Assembly: GCF_902713615.1 (NCBI RefSeq)
Contig: NC_052155.1
Span: forward strand, 72,595,328-72,659,327
Source of the DNA: Scyliorhinus canicula
Lineage: Eukaryota
DNA length: 64,000 nt
Direction of reading: 5' to 3'
Below, piece by piece: positions 13,300 to 24,830 of the stretch. The translations under genes were made by a program, and so were the position numbers. Within the stretch, counting starts at the first letter, position 1; each line of letters begins with the position of its first letter. The notes under the pieces were generated by a model. It saw only the letters and a program-made list of their open reading frames with translations. It was not told where the DNA came from and made no database searches.

Positions 13300-14310
13300 C
13301 TTTAGGTTGGATTGGAGGGGTCTTATATACTTCAATAAAGTAACCCCTCGCTCTTCTAAACCCCAGTGGAAACAAGTGCACGCTGTATAACCTTTCCTCA
13401 TAATACAACCCACACAGACCAGTCATCAATTTACTAAACCTCCTCTGAATTGCACCTCTAATGCATTTATTTCCTTCCTTAAATAAGGAGATCCCAACTG
13501 CACATGGTATTTGTGATTCTTCATAAAAAGTTCTTAGTGTTGTAGCAAGCGGGGATTGCCTATGGGAGCGGGCTGGTTGGATCACAAACTGTTGGCGCCT
13601 GGCGCACTTCTCGTTTTCTGCCTGTACCTCGATTCACCAGCCTTGTTTTGCTTGAGCGAGAGCGTAACAAGGCCGGAGAATCGCGCCCATAGCCTCACTC
13701 ATGTCCTTACTTTTAGATTGAATTTCTCTCACAATAAAGGATAAAGTTCCATCAGCCTTCTTGATTACATGCTGCACCTGCGTACTAACATTTTGCGACA
13801 CATGAACTGGAACAACTACGTCACCCTACGTTGGAATTCTGCAGTTGTTTAAGTAATACTCTGCCTTTTTATTCTTCCTGCCAAACTGAACAACTGCACA
13901 TTTTCCCACATTATACTCCAACTTATTTGCCCACATTCAATCTATATTCGTCTGCAACCTTCTTATGTCCTCTTCACAACATACTCTTCTACCTGTCATT
14001 GTGTCATCTGCAAATTTATGTACCAGGCCTTCACTTGCCTCACCAAAGTCATTGATATAAATTGTAAAAAGCTGAGGCCCCAGAACAGACTCCGATCACC
14101 TCCTGCCAATCAGAAAAAATTCCATTGAAGCATGCCCTTTTCTGACAGCAAGCCAATACTTTATCCAAGCTAATATGTTACCCTCTACAGCATGAGCTTT
14201 TATTTTCTGCAATAACCTTTGATGTGGCAACTTGTCAAACCCCTTCTGGAAATCATAAGTACAGCATGTCCACAGGCTCCCTGTTATCCGCATCACATGT
14301 TACTCGTTCA
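13300..14310 (-). mobile_element. CR1 LINE RT/3' remnant with a MITE fragment at ~13550-13688
   Basis: Translations YDFQKGFDKLPHQRLLQKIKAH and IQRRFSKLMTGLCGLYYEERL. Confidence 0.75.
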
Positions 14311-14502
14311 AAGATATCTCCGGTCACCCAGAAACAATACCTGCCGTTGCTGAGTGGGAGCAAACAGTTGTGACACCTGAGATTGAGTAAAGATGTAAGA
14401 GTCATGAGAGCTCCTTGAGAAGTGAGTACACGCCTGATGGCTTCGCTTGTGGTGGGAACAGACCAGATGCACATTGAGAGATTGAAAGTGGTTTTGGTTT
14501 AT

Positions 14503-14833
14503 GAATCATAGAATTTACAGTGCAGAAGGACATTCGGCCCATCGAGTCTGCACCGGCCCTTGGAAAGAGCACGAAGCCCACACCTCCACCCTATCCCCGC
14601 AACCCAGTAACCCCCACCTATCCTTTTTGAACACTAAGGGCAATTTAGCATGGCCAATCCACCTAACCTGCACATCTTTGGACTGTGGGAGGAAACCGGA
14701 GCACCCGGAGAAAACCCACGCAGACACGGGGAGAACGTGCAGACTCCGCACGGAGAGTGACCCAAGCCGGGAATCAAACCTGGGACCCTGGAGCTGTGAA
14801 GCGACAGTGATAACCACTGTGCTACCGTGCCGC
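14503..14833 (-). mobile_element. HE1/V-SINE, tail A
   Basis: Complete head, core and ttctatga tail. Confidence 0.9.
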
Positions 14834-15379
14834 CTAACTGCTCCTCAGAGCTCTTTGAGCCACATGTGTGCAATCAAATGTCTCTTATACCTGTGGAAAT
14901 CCAACAATGGCACCAAATCCCACAGCTCTGACTGCCTTGCTCTCAGGATCTGTAGTGAATCATACAAATCATTGATTCTTCTGAACAAAGAATTGATGGT
15001 CTCCCTGGTGCATTCATGATTGGTAGACTGTGAGGTGCCAGACATGTGCTGCATAGAGTCCTGGAATAATTCAGTGGTGGGGAAATTCAATGGCGCAGGT
15101 TACAAGTGATCAGGCTGACCAGATCAATAAGAAGAAGCCTGTGCAGCTTTTAGTAGATCACTGCATGCAGGGATAACTCATTTGTCACATTTCCAACTGG
15201 AGTGGAAACAACTGGAGAATGTTCAGCACATCCACCTGACACCTACTTTCCTTAAAGTGCTTTATGAGAGCGACTGATAATCACACAGATCCTTTGTCTA
15301 TCCCTTTGCTAATAGATACTAATTTATTGCAGGCACACTTCACTGACATGAAGCAAGTACATGTGATATGAGTCTGTAT

Positions 15380-15575
15380 CTTGTTAGCACTGTTGCCTCA
15401 CGCTGTCGAGGACCCAGGTTCGATCCCAGTCCTGGGTCACTATCCATGTGGAGTTTGTACATTCTCCCAGTGTCTGCATGGGTTTCGCCTCCACAACCCT
15501 AAGATGTACAGGTTAGGTTGATTGGCCACACTAAATTGCCCCTTACTTGGGTAAAAAAAATGTTTTAATTGTATA
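15380..15575 (+). mobile_element. Short internally deleted V-SINE variant (tail C)
   Basis: Core lacks the cctccgggtgctccggttt segment; A/T-rich end. Confidence 0.75.
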
Positions 15576-15609
15576 CGTAAAATGTTTTGGATAATTTCCA
15601 GTAAGATAG

Positions 15610-16092
15610 GGGATTGGTTATATATAATGGTAATTTTACTGGACGAGTAATCCAGAGGTCCAATCGAATGCGCCAATGACGAGTTCAAATCCCACCACGG
15701 CAGCTGGGAAAATTTAAACTCAATTAGGTCATAAATCTGGAATTTCGTTCCAGTCTCATGAATATTGATCGTGTCATTTCCAGTTCATCATAAAAACCCA
15801 CCTGGTTCACCAATTCCTTGCAGGGGAGCAAATTTGTATCTTTGCTCGGTCTGTGACTTTAGGTCCACAGTGATACATGGTTGGCTCTTAACTGCCTTAT
15901 GAAATGGCCGAGCAAACCACGCAGTTGTATCAAACATTGACAGAGACAGCACTGTGGGCAGGCTAGCAATACCGTGTGGTCTGAAGTAGTTCAAGAAGGT
16001 GGCTCAATACCACCTCCTCAAGGGCAATGATAGACGGACAATAAATACTGGTTTTAGCAATGCTCATAACCCAAGAACGAATAAAAATAAAA
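15610..16092 (+). mobile_element. tRNA-derived SINE with MER131/MetaSINE-like core
   Basis: B-box gagttcaaatccc, core aaaaacccacctggttcac...ggttggctcttaactgcc; related to 17985-18337. Confidence 0.6.
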
Positions 16093-17325
16093 ATTTTCTC
16101 TGCAACCTGCATGTTCTATATTATTACCAATGATACACTTCCACATTCTGATTGGAACTATATCGCTGTTCCTTCGCTGTTGCTGGGTTAAAATCCTGGA
16201 ACTCCCTCTCCAACAGCACTGTGGGTCTGCCTACATCTCATGGACTGCAGCAGTTCAAGAAGGCGGCTCGCCACCAACTTCTCAAGGGATGGGCAACAAA
16301 AATGCTGACCTAGCCAGCGACGCCCATGTCCCACAAAATAATTTTAAAATGGTTCTTGAATCATTTTAGTCATTCTTGAATTTAAAATATATTAAGTAGA
16401 TTTTAGTTTCATTATTGGTCCCAACAGTTTCACATCTCTGTTGCACATTGTGAAATTATGGAAATTATTATCCGAAATGAACTTTCCAGCAGGGTGTAGC
16501 ATGTTAATTACATAAATGAATACATTTCTGAAAATCCTCCCTCGTCTTGCTCAACGGTCATTTATACATATGAAAGCATAAACGTGGAAAAATGTCAGGC
16601 TGGAAACAATAGTTTCACGAAGCCTGAACCATCCCTATAATGCCTGAAGCGGGACTAAACATTCTCTAACCACCAGCTAATTAATCACCATCCCCTATCC
16701 AACGGCAGGATTGCAATTATCTGGGGAGGCATTGAAACACAAATAAAAACCAAAATCAATTATCAAGAAATAAATTCAGAAACTTCCTCTCCAATCCCTC
16801 TTGACAATCAACACTGATCAGGAATTCACATTGATCATGTTTTATTTCTTAGCATTTTGGACAAAGATGTGTCTATCCTGGCCAAGTTCAGGTCTACTGT
16901 TTGCAGGAAAAAGTCAGCACTCACCACACAACATGTAAATTTCTCCAAAGGTCAACAATCCTTTCAGAAAAGAAGATTCACCTAACAGGTAACCTAGTCA
17001 TATCTTACATAACTTATGGTCATGACCCCTTGTCATTCCTAATTATCAAATTAAAATAATCTCCATCAACGAAAATGTAATCTAGCCCTTTTACTATTCC
17101 CTTTAACTATTTTGTGTACCTCTATCAAATCACCTCAAAGTCCGTACATCTTTGAAGTAAACAGATCCAACTATTTAAGCCTATCTGAGTAGCTCATATT
17201 GTTTTAGTTAGGAATCGACCTTTTGGCTCTCCTCTGTATCACACTGGGGCTCAGAAGAAGGCCATTCAGCAATTTGAGCCTGTCCTGATTGTGGTCTCAA
17301 TTCCGCTTTGCTGTTTGCCCCCCCT

Positions 17326-17655
17326 GTAATCATAAAATCCCTACAATGCAGAAGGATCCCATTTGGTCCATCGAGTTGGCACCGACCATTCAAAAGGCTT
17401 CCCTACACAGGCTCAATCCGCGTCCTATCCCCATACCACCCAACCTTTGAACGCGTATGGGCAATTTAGCATAACCAATTCACCTAACTTGCACATCTTT
17501 GGACTGTGGGAGGAAACCGGAGCACCTGGAGGAAGCTCACGCAGCCATGTGGAGAATGTGCAAACTTCACACAGACACTAGCCCGAGATGGGAATCGAAC
17601 CTGGGTCCCTGACGCTGTGAGGCAGCAGTGCTAACCACTGTGAAACCGTGCCGCA
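17326..17655 (-). mobile_element. HE1/V-SINE inserted in a CR1 3' end
   Basis: Head, core and tail recognisable; CR1 3' sequence resumes on both sides. Confidence 0.8.
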
Positions 17656-17984
17656 CCGGCGTCCCAGTCATCTTTGACTCCCTTGTCCATCAAATATCTG
17701 TCTGACTCAGCCTTGAATAAATTCAATGACCCATCCTCCACTGCTCTCCGGGAAAGAGAATTCAACAGACTAATGACTCTCTGAGAAAAATAGAATCCTC
17801 ATCACTGTCCTACATGCCTTATTCATAAACGGTATCTCCTGGTTCTACTCTCTCCCACAAGTGCAAACATCATCCTGGTATTCACCCAGTCAAGTCCCCT
17901 CAGGATCTTTTATGTTTCAATAAGGTCACCTCTCATTCTTCAAAACACCAATTGGTATAGTCTTAACCGATCTTCCTAAAATAC

Positions 17985-18337
17985 GGGGAGGCAGTGGTGT
18001 TGTGGTATTGGCACTGGCTAGTAAACCAGAAACGCAGGGTAATGCTGTGGGAGATGGGTTTGAATCCTGCCGGGATAGATGGTGGAATTTGAATTCAATA
18101 AAAAACTGGAATTAAAAGTCTAATGATGACCATGAAACTATTGTCGATTGTTGTAAAAACCCATCTGGTTTACTAATGCCCTAAAGGAAGGAAATCTGCC
18201 ATCCTTCCCTGGTAAGGCCTATATGTGACTCCAGACCCACAGCAATGTGGCTGACTCTTAAATGCCCTCAGGGATGGAGAGCAAATGCTGACCCAGCCAG
18301 TGACACCCACATCCCATCAACGAATAAAGACAAAAAA
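17985..18337 (+). mobile_element. tRNA-derived SINE, MER131/MetaSINE-like core, LINE-derived A-rich tail
   Basis: A-box gtggtgttgtggt, B-box gggtttgaatcc, core ctggtttactaatgccctaaaggaaggaaatctgcc...gtgactccagacccacagcaatgtgg; tail shared with the LINE at 56800-57212. Confidence 0.75.
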
Positions 18338-18472
18338 GCCCCTCCTCATCACAGGAATGAATGATATGCATCTTCTCTAAACTGCAGTTTCTTTAAACTG
18401 CTTTGAATGGAATTATACCTTTTATCAAATAAGGAGGCCAAAACTGTATACAATATTCCAGATGTGATCTGG

Positions 18473-18568
18473 ATTCCCCGAACAGGCGCCGGAATGTGGC
18501 GACTAGGGCCTTTTCACAGTAACTTCATTTGAAGCCTACTTGTGACAATAAGCGATTTTCATTTTCAT
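18473..18568 (+). mobile_element. Short SINE (tail B), 5'-truncated
   Basis: ccccgaacaggcgccggaatgtggcgactagg...tgtgacaataagcgattttcattttca. Confidence 0.75.
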
Positions 18569-19967
18569 CTCAGCACTGCCCTGCATAGCTGCAGTAAAAC
18601 GTTTTCCGTGGTTATGGTGATTGTTTAAAGTTCCTCCCTACCTTTTATCTTTTGATTTTCAAGTATCTTTGGGAAGTTTTCCAAGTCTTCCCCAATGAAG
18701 ATAGACAGAAAATACTTTTCCGAGGCCATCTGGTCCTGGAGACTTGTCAGCCTTCAGGTGTAATGGTTTTCCCAGCACATTTTCCGTGGTTATGGTGGTT
18801 GTTTAAAGTTCCTCCCTACCTTTTATCTTTTGATTTTCAAGTATCTTTGGGAAGTTTTCCAAGTCTTCCCCAATGAAAGATCGACAGAAAATACTTTTTC
18901 AATGCCTCTGCCATTTCCTTGATTTCCATTTTCAATTCCCTAGACTTACTCCCTAGAGGTACAAGTTATTCTTTTACTATTTCAATCCTTGCAGAATGGT
19001 GCCCCAATCTCTTCCTCACTGCCAAGGAGAGCTTCTCAGTGCAGGAGATGAGACTAAATGCTACCTCGGGGGACGTTCCCCGCTGAGGCCCAGAAATAAA
19101 ACAGAGTCCCATTAGATTGCTCTAAGAGCGCCGGGAAAGACCCGGCTAAACGCGCTTGACACAGTACTTGCTTCATTTCCTTTAGAACATGCCCATTGTA
19201 TTACTTTACCTGTAAAAGTATTTTTCCTTAAATCTAATTTGTCCTTGCACTTTTTTGGTTTGCCATTTTTTTTTGTCATGCGCCCCTTTTTAATCCTTTA
19301 GACTTAATGGTGTTTAATTTGAGGGATTGGGATAACTACCCCTTGGAACAGATACGTTTGCATTGGGCGAGAAGTTGAATTTCAGAAAATTTCAGTCTGG
19401 GCTCTACCGTGCCTTGAACCCACCAATTTCCAGATTTAATAGAGGCAACATTGGGGTAGGTGGAGCCAACCTGCTCCTAGGGGGCTGGCCATTCGGCCGT
19501 ATTATTTAAGGAGGTTGCATGCTTTTTATTATAAAGGACATAATTCGGTTGTCTGGCCATTAAGAGGAGGGGAGAAAGGTCAAATACATAAGTGCATTTA
19601 TAACATTGCCTCTGGAACAAGAGAAGTCTCTGTACCTGACAGCAATTGTCAACCTCATGCTTTTTAGTTTAGTTATGCAATACCTTACATTTGCCTACAT
19701 TGTGTTTCATTTCACAATTCCATTGAGTGCAAATATTGTTGACATCTCTGCTTGAATCTAAGCTGATTGGTATTGCTATAGTGAAACATGCAATAAGACA
19801 TAACGATCCAGGCTTATTGATGGCTTCAGCTTCTTTCTTCTTTATTAATCCATCATCTCAGTACTGTTTTCCTGGTAAAGCTGCCTTGATGATTCAGTCT
19901 ACAGATATCACCATAGATATCATCAGTAGTTGAATATCATTTGAAATTGGAACTATACTTGACTCTA

Positions 19968-20183
19968 TTTTTATTTAAAATTTTAAAACTATTTTTTTTT
20001 CCAATTAAGGGGCAATTTAGCATGGTCAATCCATTTACCCTGCACATCTTTGGGTTGTGGGGGTGAGACCCACGCAGACACGACATGTGCAAACTCCACA
20101 TGGACAGTGACCCGGGGCCGGGATCGAATCCAGGTCCTCTGCGCTGTGAGGCACAATGCTGACGACTGCGCCACTGTGTCGCC
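19968..20183 (-). mobile_element. Short V-SINE variant (tail C)
   Basis: Deleted core; approximate TSD actatactt(g/aac)actcta. Confidence 0.8.
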
Positions 20184-21004
20184 ACTATACTTAACACTCT
20201 AATTATTCTTGTGCTGATGCTGTTAAAGACTGCTGTTGTATATTTGTTTATAATATGAGTAGCAGAAATGCTGATCCCACATGAGATAGCAGTGTTTCAT
20301 TATATTGAAAGTCATGGCAAGCTAAAGGAACACCAATGATAATTGCTCAGCTTCCAGCACTCAAATTCTCTATATTGCCATGTTTCTTTCCCAACCAGTA
20401 AATTGAAGCTCACTTCCCTTGTCACACTCAGCGCCAATCGCATTGTCATTAATCTACACCTCAAGAGCCATCTGGCCTCTCCAGAGTGAGTTCAGCAATT
20501 CAGTAAGCCTTTCTCTCCCCATTTATTGACTCCAGAGTGCTTCAAGCTGCTCCTATTTTGAGCTGAATTGCCCTGATACTGTGAATGTTTTAATTTATTC
20601 CCAGTTCATGCTATGATTCCTTTTACTTCACAGTCGCAGAGAATGGAAAGGTCCTGAGGTTGAATGAAATCACACCGCGCTTGAATTTTACAGCAGTCAT
20701 CAACCTGTCAATGACTTCCTACAAGCTAAACAAATACTGTAATTAAATCTTCATGTAAAAGCTGTCCCAAAATACGCAGTATTTGAACAATGTGATAAGA
20801 CTGGGATTTCAGTTATTCTAAGGAATGCATGATGAATGTGATAATCATTCTTGGAGTTGTTAAGCTATTAAAGAATGGTTGTTCTCAGAAAATGACAAAC
20901 ATATTCAGTTATCCTGAAATGATGCACTTCCAATGATTAAATATGTTCATCACAACATTTATTTTTTTATCATTCATTACTATTTCCAGACAATTCGGAA
21001 CCAA

Positions 21005-21830
21005 AATAAAAGCAAAATGCTGCAGATGCTGGAGATCCGAAATAACAACAGAAAGTGCTGGAAAAACTCAACAGGTAGGTTTGGCAGCATCAGTGAAGAG
21101 CAAAACAGAGTTAAGGTCTAGATTCCAATATGGCTCTTCTTCCGAACACCAGCTGCAGATGCACAGCAGGAAGTGACACCAATACACTCATCAGTGTTCG
21201 GAAAAAAGAATTGGGAGGGGTGGCCGGAGTGGGACTGGAACAAGGAATGTTCCACAAACCTGAGGAAAAGACAGGTATAACTAGTGCCTATGTGCGTTTG
21301 AGATAAAAGCTGTACTTTTATTTCCAAGAAGTGAGACACGTTAACATAGAACAGTACAGCACAGAACAGGCCCTTGTGCCGAGCATTGTCCGAAACCAAG
21401 ATCAAGGTAAAATTGTTCAAAGGGAGAGAACAAGTTCAGCCAGGCAGAAGAGGGTGATGGTGAATGAAGACTCTTCAGGCTTCCATTCAAGGAAGAAAAG
21501 ATATTCCTCAGGCTGTCCTAGTGGGAGATGGAGAGGGATTGGACACCCATAGAAAGGTGAGGTGGCTCGGGTCAGTAAACTGGAAATGGTTGAAAAGAAA
21601 TTATGTTGTGCATCAGCAGAATCACAGATATAGATGGAGAGAGACTGGACAAGGGGAGGAAAAATGGAGACAAGATAGGAAGTGGAGCAGGAATAGGCTG
21701 AAACAATGGGAGCAGTCCTGTTTGTAGAAAGTAGTTAGAAGCATGCTTTTCGAGATTGGGGATTCTCTCCCCACAGACGCTGCCAGACCTGTTGAGTATT
21801 TCCAGAACTTTCTGTTTATATTTCAAAACC
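21005..21830 (-). mobile_element. Penelope-like element remnant with inverted terminal segments and RT fragment
   Basis: ORF 21118-21420 contains THIGTSYTCLFLRFVEHSLFQS...FFPNTDECIG (decayed PLE GTxMGPSYACLF...FRYIDD); 21036-21110 and 21760-21825 are inverted copies. Confidence 0.75.
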
Positions 21831-22748
21831 ATAATCTTCTGCTCTTCTACAAAACTCACCCAATTTTTATGTTGTGTATGGAAGCTCATTAAATGCTAGA
21901 ATTCCATCTCCTTTGTTTGAAAATATGTACTGTCCAAAACATTTGCAATGGTGCCATTGTTCTGCCTAAGCCTGTATATAATTATCATAGTAATGCTTAA
22001 TGCATCTTTTAAAAATAACCAAAAGAGGAATTTAATATAAGAGTGTTTAGCTCTTGCGACATATCATCGCTCGTTCATGTTTCTCGGCTATAGGCTTTTT
22101 CAGAGGATGATCTGCAAATATTTTGACAGCCTAGAATTACATTAAAAAACTGAAGTAGTGAAGAGAAGCCTCTGAGATCTCTTCATGGTACAATGAAAAC
22201 CATTCTGTATGCTTCAGAGTTAATCAAGACATTCAAACATTTTATTTCTTGATCTATTGCTGTGGAGAAATCACTTCCCCTTTTAATCTTCTGCAGGAAT
22301 AAAAGAGTAATACCCACTCCTACCTATTATTGAATCTTTTCTTTTAAAAGAATCCCTGGGTCTGTCACAAAAGACAACTATTTAGATGGAGGATCCTCAG
22401 AATAGTGTTTTTCTTTAAATGTCACCAAAAGCTGAATGGAAATTACCCCACCATCTTGCTGCAGTTGGGAACATTTCTGTCTTGAACATGCTCAGTGGTT
22501 AAACCTCCTCAGCGCTCTGGGATAGAGAATTCCCAAGATTCACTGCCCTCATTGAAGAAATTCATCCTCAGTCCCATGTGATCTAATTTTATTTACTGGA
22601 CTCCTGTGTGAGGCCTAATCAAAAGCCTTCTGAAAAGTCAAATACACCACATCCACTGGCTCTCCTTTATCTGTGCTACAAATCTGTGCTCAAGAAACTC
22701 CAACCCCAGGTTTGCCAAACATAGGGCGAGATCTAACGGAAACATTTC

Positions 22749-24830
22749 TTTTTTTAAAAAGCCTTTTTATTATATTTCCACATCTTATATTTAACAATAC
22801 GTAAGTTACAGATTGCAAAACCACGTCAAACAGGAAAATTTACAAAAAGGAAAACAGAAAGCAGCACATATATTTACAGGCAAGTTTCTTCCCTCCCGCT
22901 GTGGCCATGACCCCCCTTTAGTCAGCATACATATGTTACAATCCCCAATATGGCCAGAGAACATATTTCCAAGTGCCTATTTACAGTTTGATTTGGGGTT
23001 CAGTTTGTCCTCGGACCAGACTTTTGAGCCTTTGTCCCATGTCCCTTCCATTCTCTTTGCATGTCTTCACCTCCCCCCCCGCCCCTTCCCATTTCCTCCC
23101 CTTCCCCCCCCCCCATTCCCCACCTTCCCTCTTCCACCACCCTTTCATTTTCCTCTTTGTCCCATGTCCCTTCCATTCTCTTTGCATGTCTTCACCTCCC
23201 CCCCCCCCCCCATTTCCTCCCCTTCCCCCCCCCCCCCCCATTCCCCACCTTCCCTCTTCCCCCACCCTTTCATTTTCCTCTTTGTCCCATGGCTCGTTCA
23301 TGTCTCCCTCCCCTCCTTACTGTACTAGTTGATGGCTACGAACAGGTCTCGGAAGTCGATGAATGGCTTCCACGTCCTTGGAAGCGGGATCCTATCCTCG
23401 GATGGCAAATGTTATTTTTTCCAGCCTGAGAAATTCCGCCAAGTCGGACAGCCAGTCTGCAGCTTTGGGTAGGGCTGCTGATCGCCAGCAGAGCAGGGTT
23501 CTCCGGAGGGCGATAAGGGGGGCAAAGGCTAAGGCGTCGGCCCTTCCTCAACATGAAGCATTCTGGCTTTCTGAGACCCTGAAGACTGCCACTTTTGGGC
23601 ATGGCTTCACCCTTACTCCCACAACCCTAGATATTGCCTCAAAGAAGGTCATCCAGTACCCGACACGCCTGGGGCAAGCCCGAACATGCAGGTGTGGTTG
23701 TCCTGGCCTCCCTGGCATCGTTCACATTTGTCCTCCACCTCTGAAAAGAACCCATTCATTTGGTTCTGGTTAGGTGCGCTCTGTGCACCACCTTTAGCTG
23801 AATTAGACTCAGTCCTGCACACGTGGAGGTGAATTTTGCCCTTTGCAGTGCTTCGATTCAGAGTCCTCCCCCATCGCTAGCCTAGTTCCTCCTCCCATTT
23901 GTTCCTTATCTCGTCCAGGGGAAGAGTACTCCCTCCAACAGGTGCCCGTACAAGTCCGCACAGATTTCCTTCCCTAGGTCACCCACGTCCAACAGTTCTT
24001 CTACTAATGAATATCCTGGTATTTGGGGGGGTACATTTTGTTTCCTTGCAGAGGAAGGTTTTGACCTGAATGTATATCAAGTTGTTTCCTCTTGGCAATT
24101 GGAACCTCTCCATGAGGCTCCCCTAGGCTCGCTACTCTATCGTCCTTGTATGTGTCCCTTACTGTCAGTGTCGCCTCGTCCTGTCTCCACCTTTTGAAGG
24201 TGGCGTCCACTATTGCGGGAGTGAACCTGTGACTGTTGCAGATGGGGGCCATGGTGGACATTTCAATTAGGCCACAGTGCTGTCTCATTTGGTACCACAT
24301 CCAGAGCGTGGTTACTCCCACCAGGCTCCTCGAGTATTTGGCCGGGGGGGGGCGGCTGCGGAGGGAGGGCAGAATGTTTGAGCGGCTGTGGTTAGGATTC
24401 GGAGGGACGTCCCTGGGGCACATACTCCGTCGGCTTCCCGCCCTCGGTACCGTCTGGTAGGCCCATGATGCGGGCTTTTCAGCGCGACTGGTTCACTTGG
24501 TCTTTGAACTTCCTCCTTAGGGTCCCTTGTGTCACCACCAACTTTGCCATCTCCAATCGCCAGTGAGGTGATCTGGTCGCTCTGGTTGGTCATGGCCTTC
24601 TCCAGCTCTCTGATCCTTGCCTCTTGTGTTTCCGGATGCCGCTCTGTCTTTTCCAGCGCCGCTTGAAGGGGGACCAGCGCCACTGCTACCACCGCTTTCA
24701 CCGTCGCCATAATTTCTAGCTTGGTGGCATCCCTCAGCACCTGGAAGCCCTGTGTTAGGAGGTCCCTCCATTCATTTCTCGGGTGGGTTGGTAGCAGTGG
24801 GGGGAGGAGTGCGTGGCGAGAAACCAATCA
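22749..24830 (-). mobile_element. L1-clade LINE, internally deleted (ORF1 5' part joined to ORF2 C-terminal part), poly(A)-tailed
   Basis: ORF1 coiled coil (QEARIRELEKAM) and the NQSR*..RIMGLPDGTEG motif at ~24440-24700; ORF2 C-terminus (MAPICNSHRF...ATFKRW); G-rich 3' UTR, AATAAA and A-tail at ~22749-22772. Confidence 0.8.
23029..23290. repeat. Tandem duplication (~125 bp x2) of a pyrimidine/poly-C block in the L1 3' UTR
   Basis: ctttgtcccatgtcccttccattctctttgcatgtcttcacctcccc... occurs twice, and a third unit begins. Confidence 0.85.

Larger units (their letters stand above)
17255..18960 (-). mobile_element. Fragmented CR1 LINE with three nested SINEs
   Basis: CR1 3' UTR/RT antisense blocks (gaagaaggccattcagc..., aaggaggccaaaactgtatacaatattccagatgtg). 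Confidence 0.6.

Noticed and set aside
14501-15019. Recurrent ORFs of the type WPIHLTCTSLDCGRKPEHPEETH
   Set aside because: Translations of V-SINE sequence, repeated at each SINE copy.
22813-23429. Proline/glycine-rich ORFs
   Set aside because: Translation of the poly-C/G L1 3' UTR.
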